Shown here piece by piece: positions 63,896 through 64,000 of a DNA stretch of 64,000 bases. The notes under the pieces were generated by a model. It did not search any database. It saw only the letters and a list, made by a program, of their open reading frames with translations, and was not told the DNA's origin. This DNA is from a virus. How positions within the stretch are numbered: the first letter of the stretch is position 1; every line of letters begins with the position of its first letter. The DNA is taken from positions 32,001 to 96,000 of the IMG/VR virus record IMGVR_UViG_3300042882_001046; one strand, written 5' to 3'. Made by a program: the position numbers and the translations under genes.

Positions 63896-64000
63896 GTCAG
63901 TCAAATTGTTTTATAAACCACCCAAAGACGAGTGTTTTGAGGAGTTAAAATCTCTTTGCATTCGTTTTTGGAATGTGTTTCCAGGATTTGCGGTTTGGGA
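63888..64000 (+). CDS. 3'-truncated hypothetical ORF
   Basis: ATG at 63888 overlaps the upstream stop; frame is open to the window end. Confidence 0.4.
   Translation, partial: MDKSVKLFYKPPKDECFEELKSLCIRFWNVFPGFAVW

Overview
A 64-kb slice of a T4-like huge (jumbo) dsDNA phage genome, AT-rich, standard genetic code. The host is almost certainly in Bacteroidota (Flavobacteriia-like): the window has TAnnTTTG/TTTG promoters, no Shine-Dalgarno sites, a Bacteroidota-type bS21, SPII lipoproteins and a TonB-dependent receptor. Contents: (i) a head/packaging module (major capsid, acidic scaffold, prohead protease, portal, large terminase) with ribosomal protein bS21 embedded on the opposite strand; (ii) proteostasis and ribosome-rescue genes (N-domain-less ClpC, a UVR-motif protein, ClpP, tmRNA, peptidases); (iii) a TBDR plus lipoprotein cassette; (iv) 23 canonical tRNAs plus 2 atypical tRNA-like RNAs and several candidate structured ncRNAs; (v) modification enzymes (two carbamoyltransferases, a GT17-like protein, several 2OG-Fe(II) oxygenases, a sulfotransferase). 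Main discovery: each of the two main tRNA arrays is preceded by promoter -> 32-codon leader ORF -> intrinsic terminator. In each, leader codons 26-28 form a 7-nt sequence complementary to the terminator 5' arm, and leader codons ~2-22 are built almost entirely from the amino acids whose tRNAs lie downstream. This looks like ribosome-mediated attenuation that switches on phage tRNA arrays when the matching aminoacyl-tRNAs run short. All calls were made by eye, with no database searches or folding runs.
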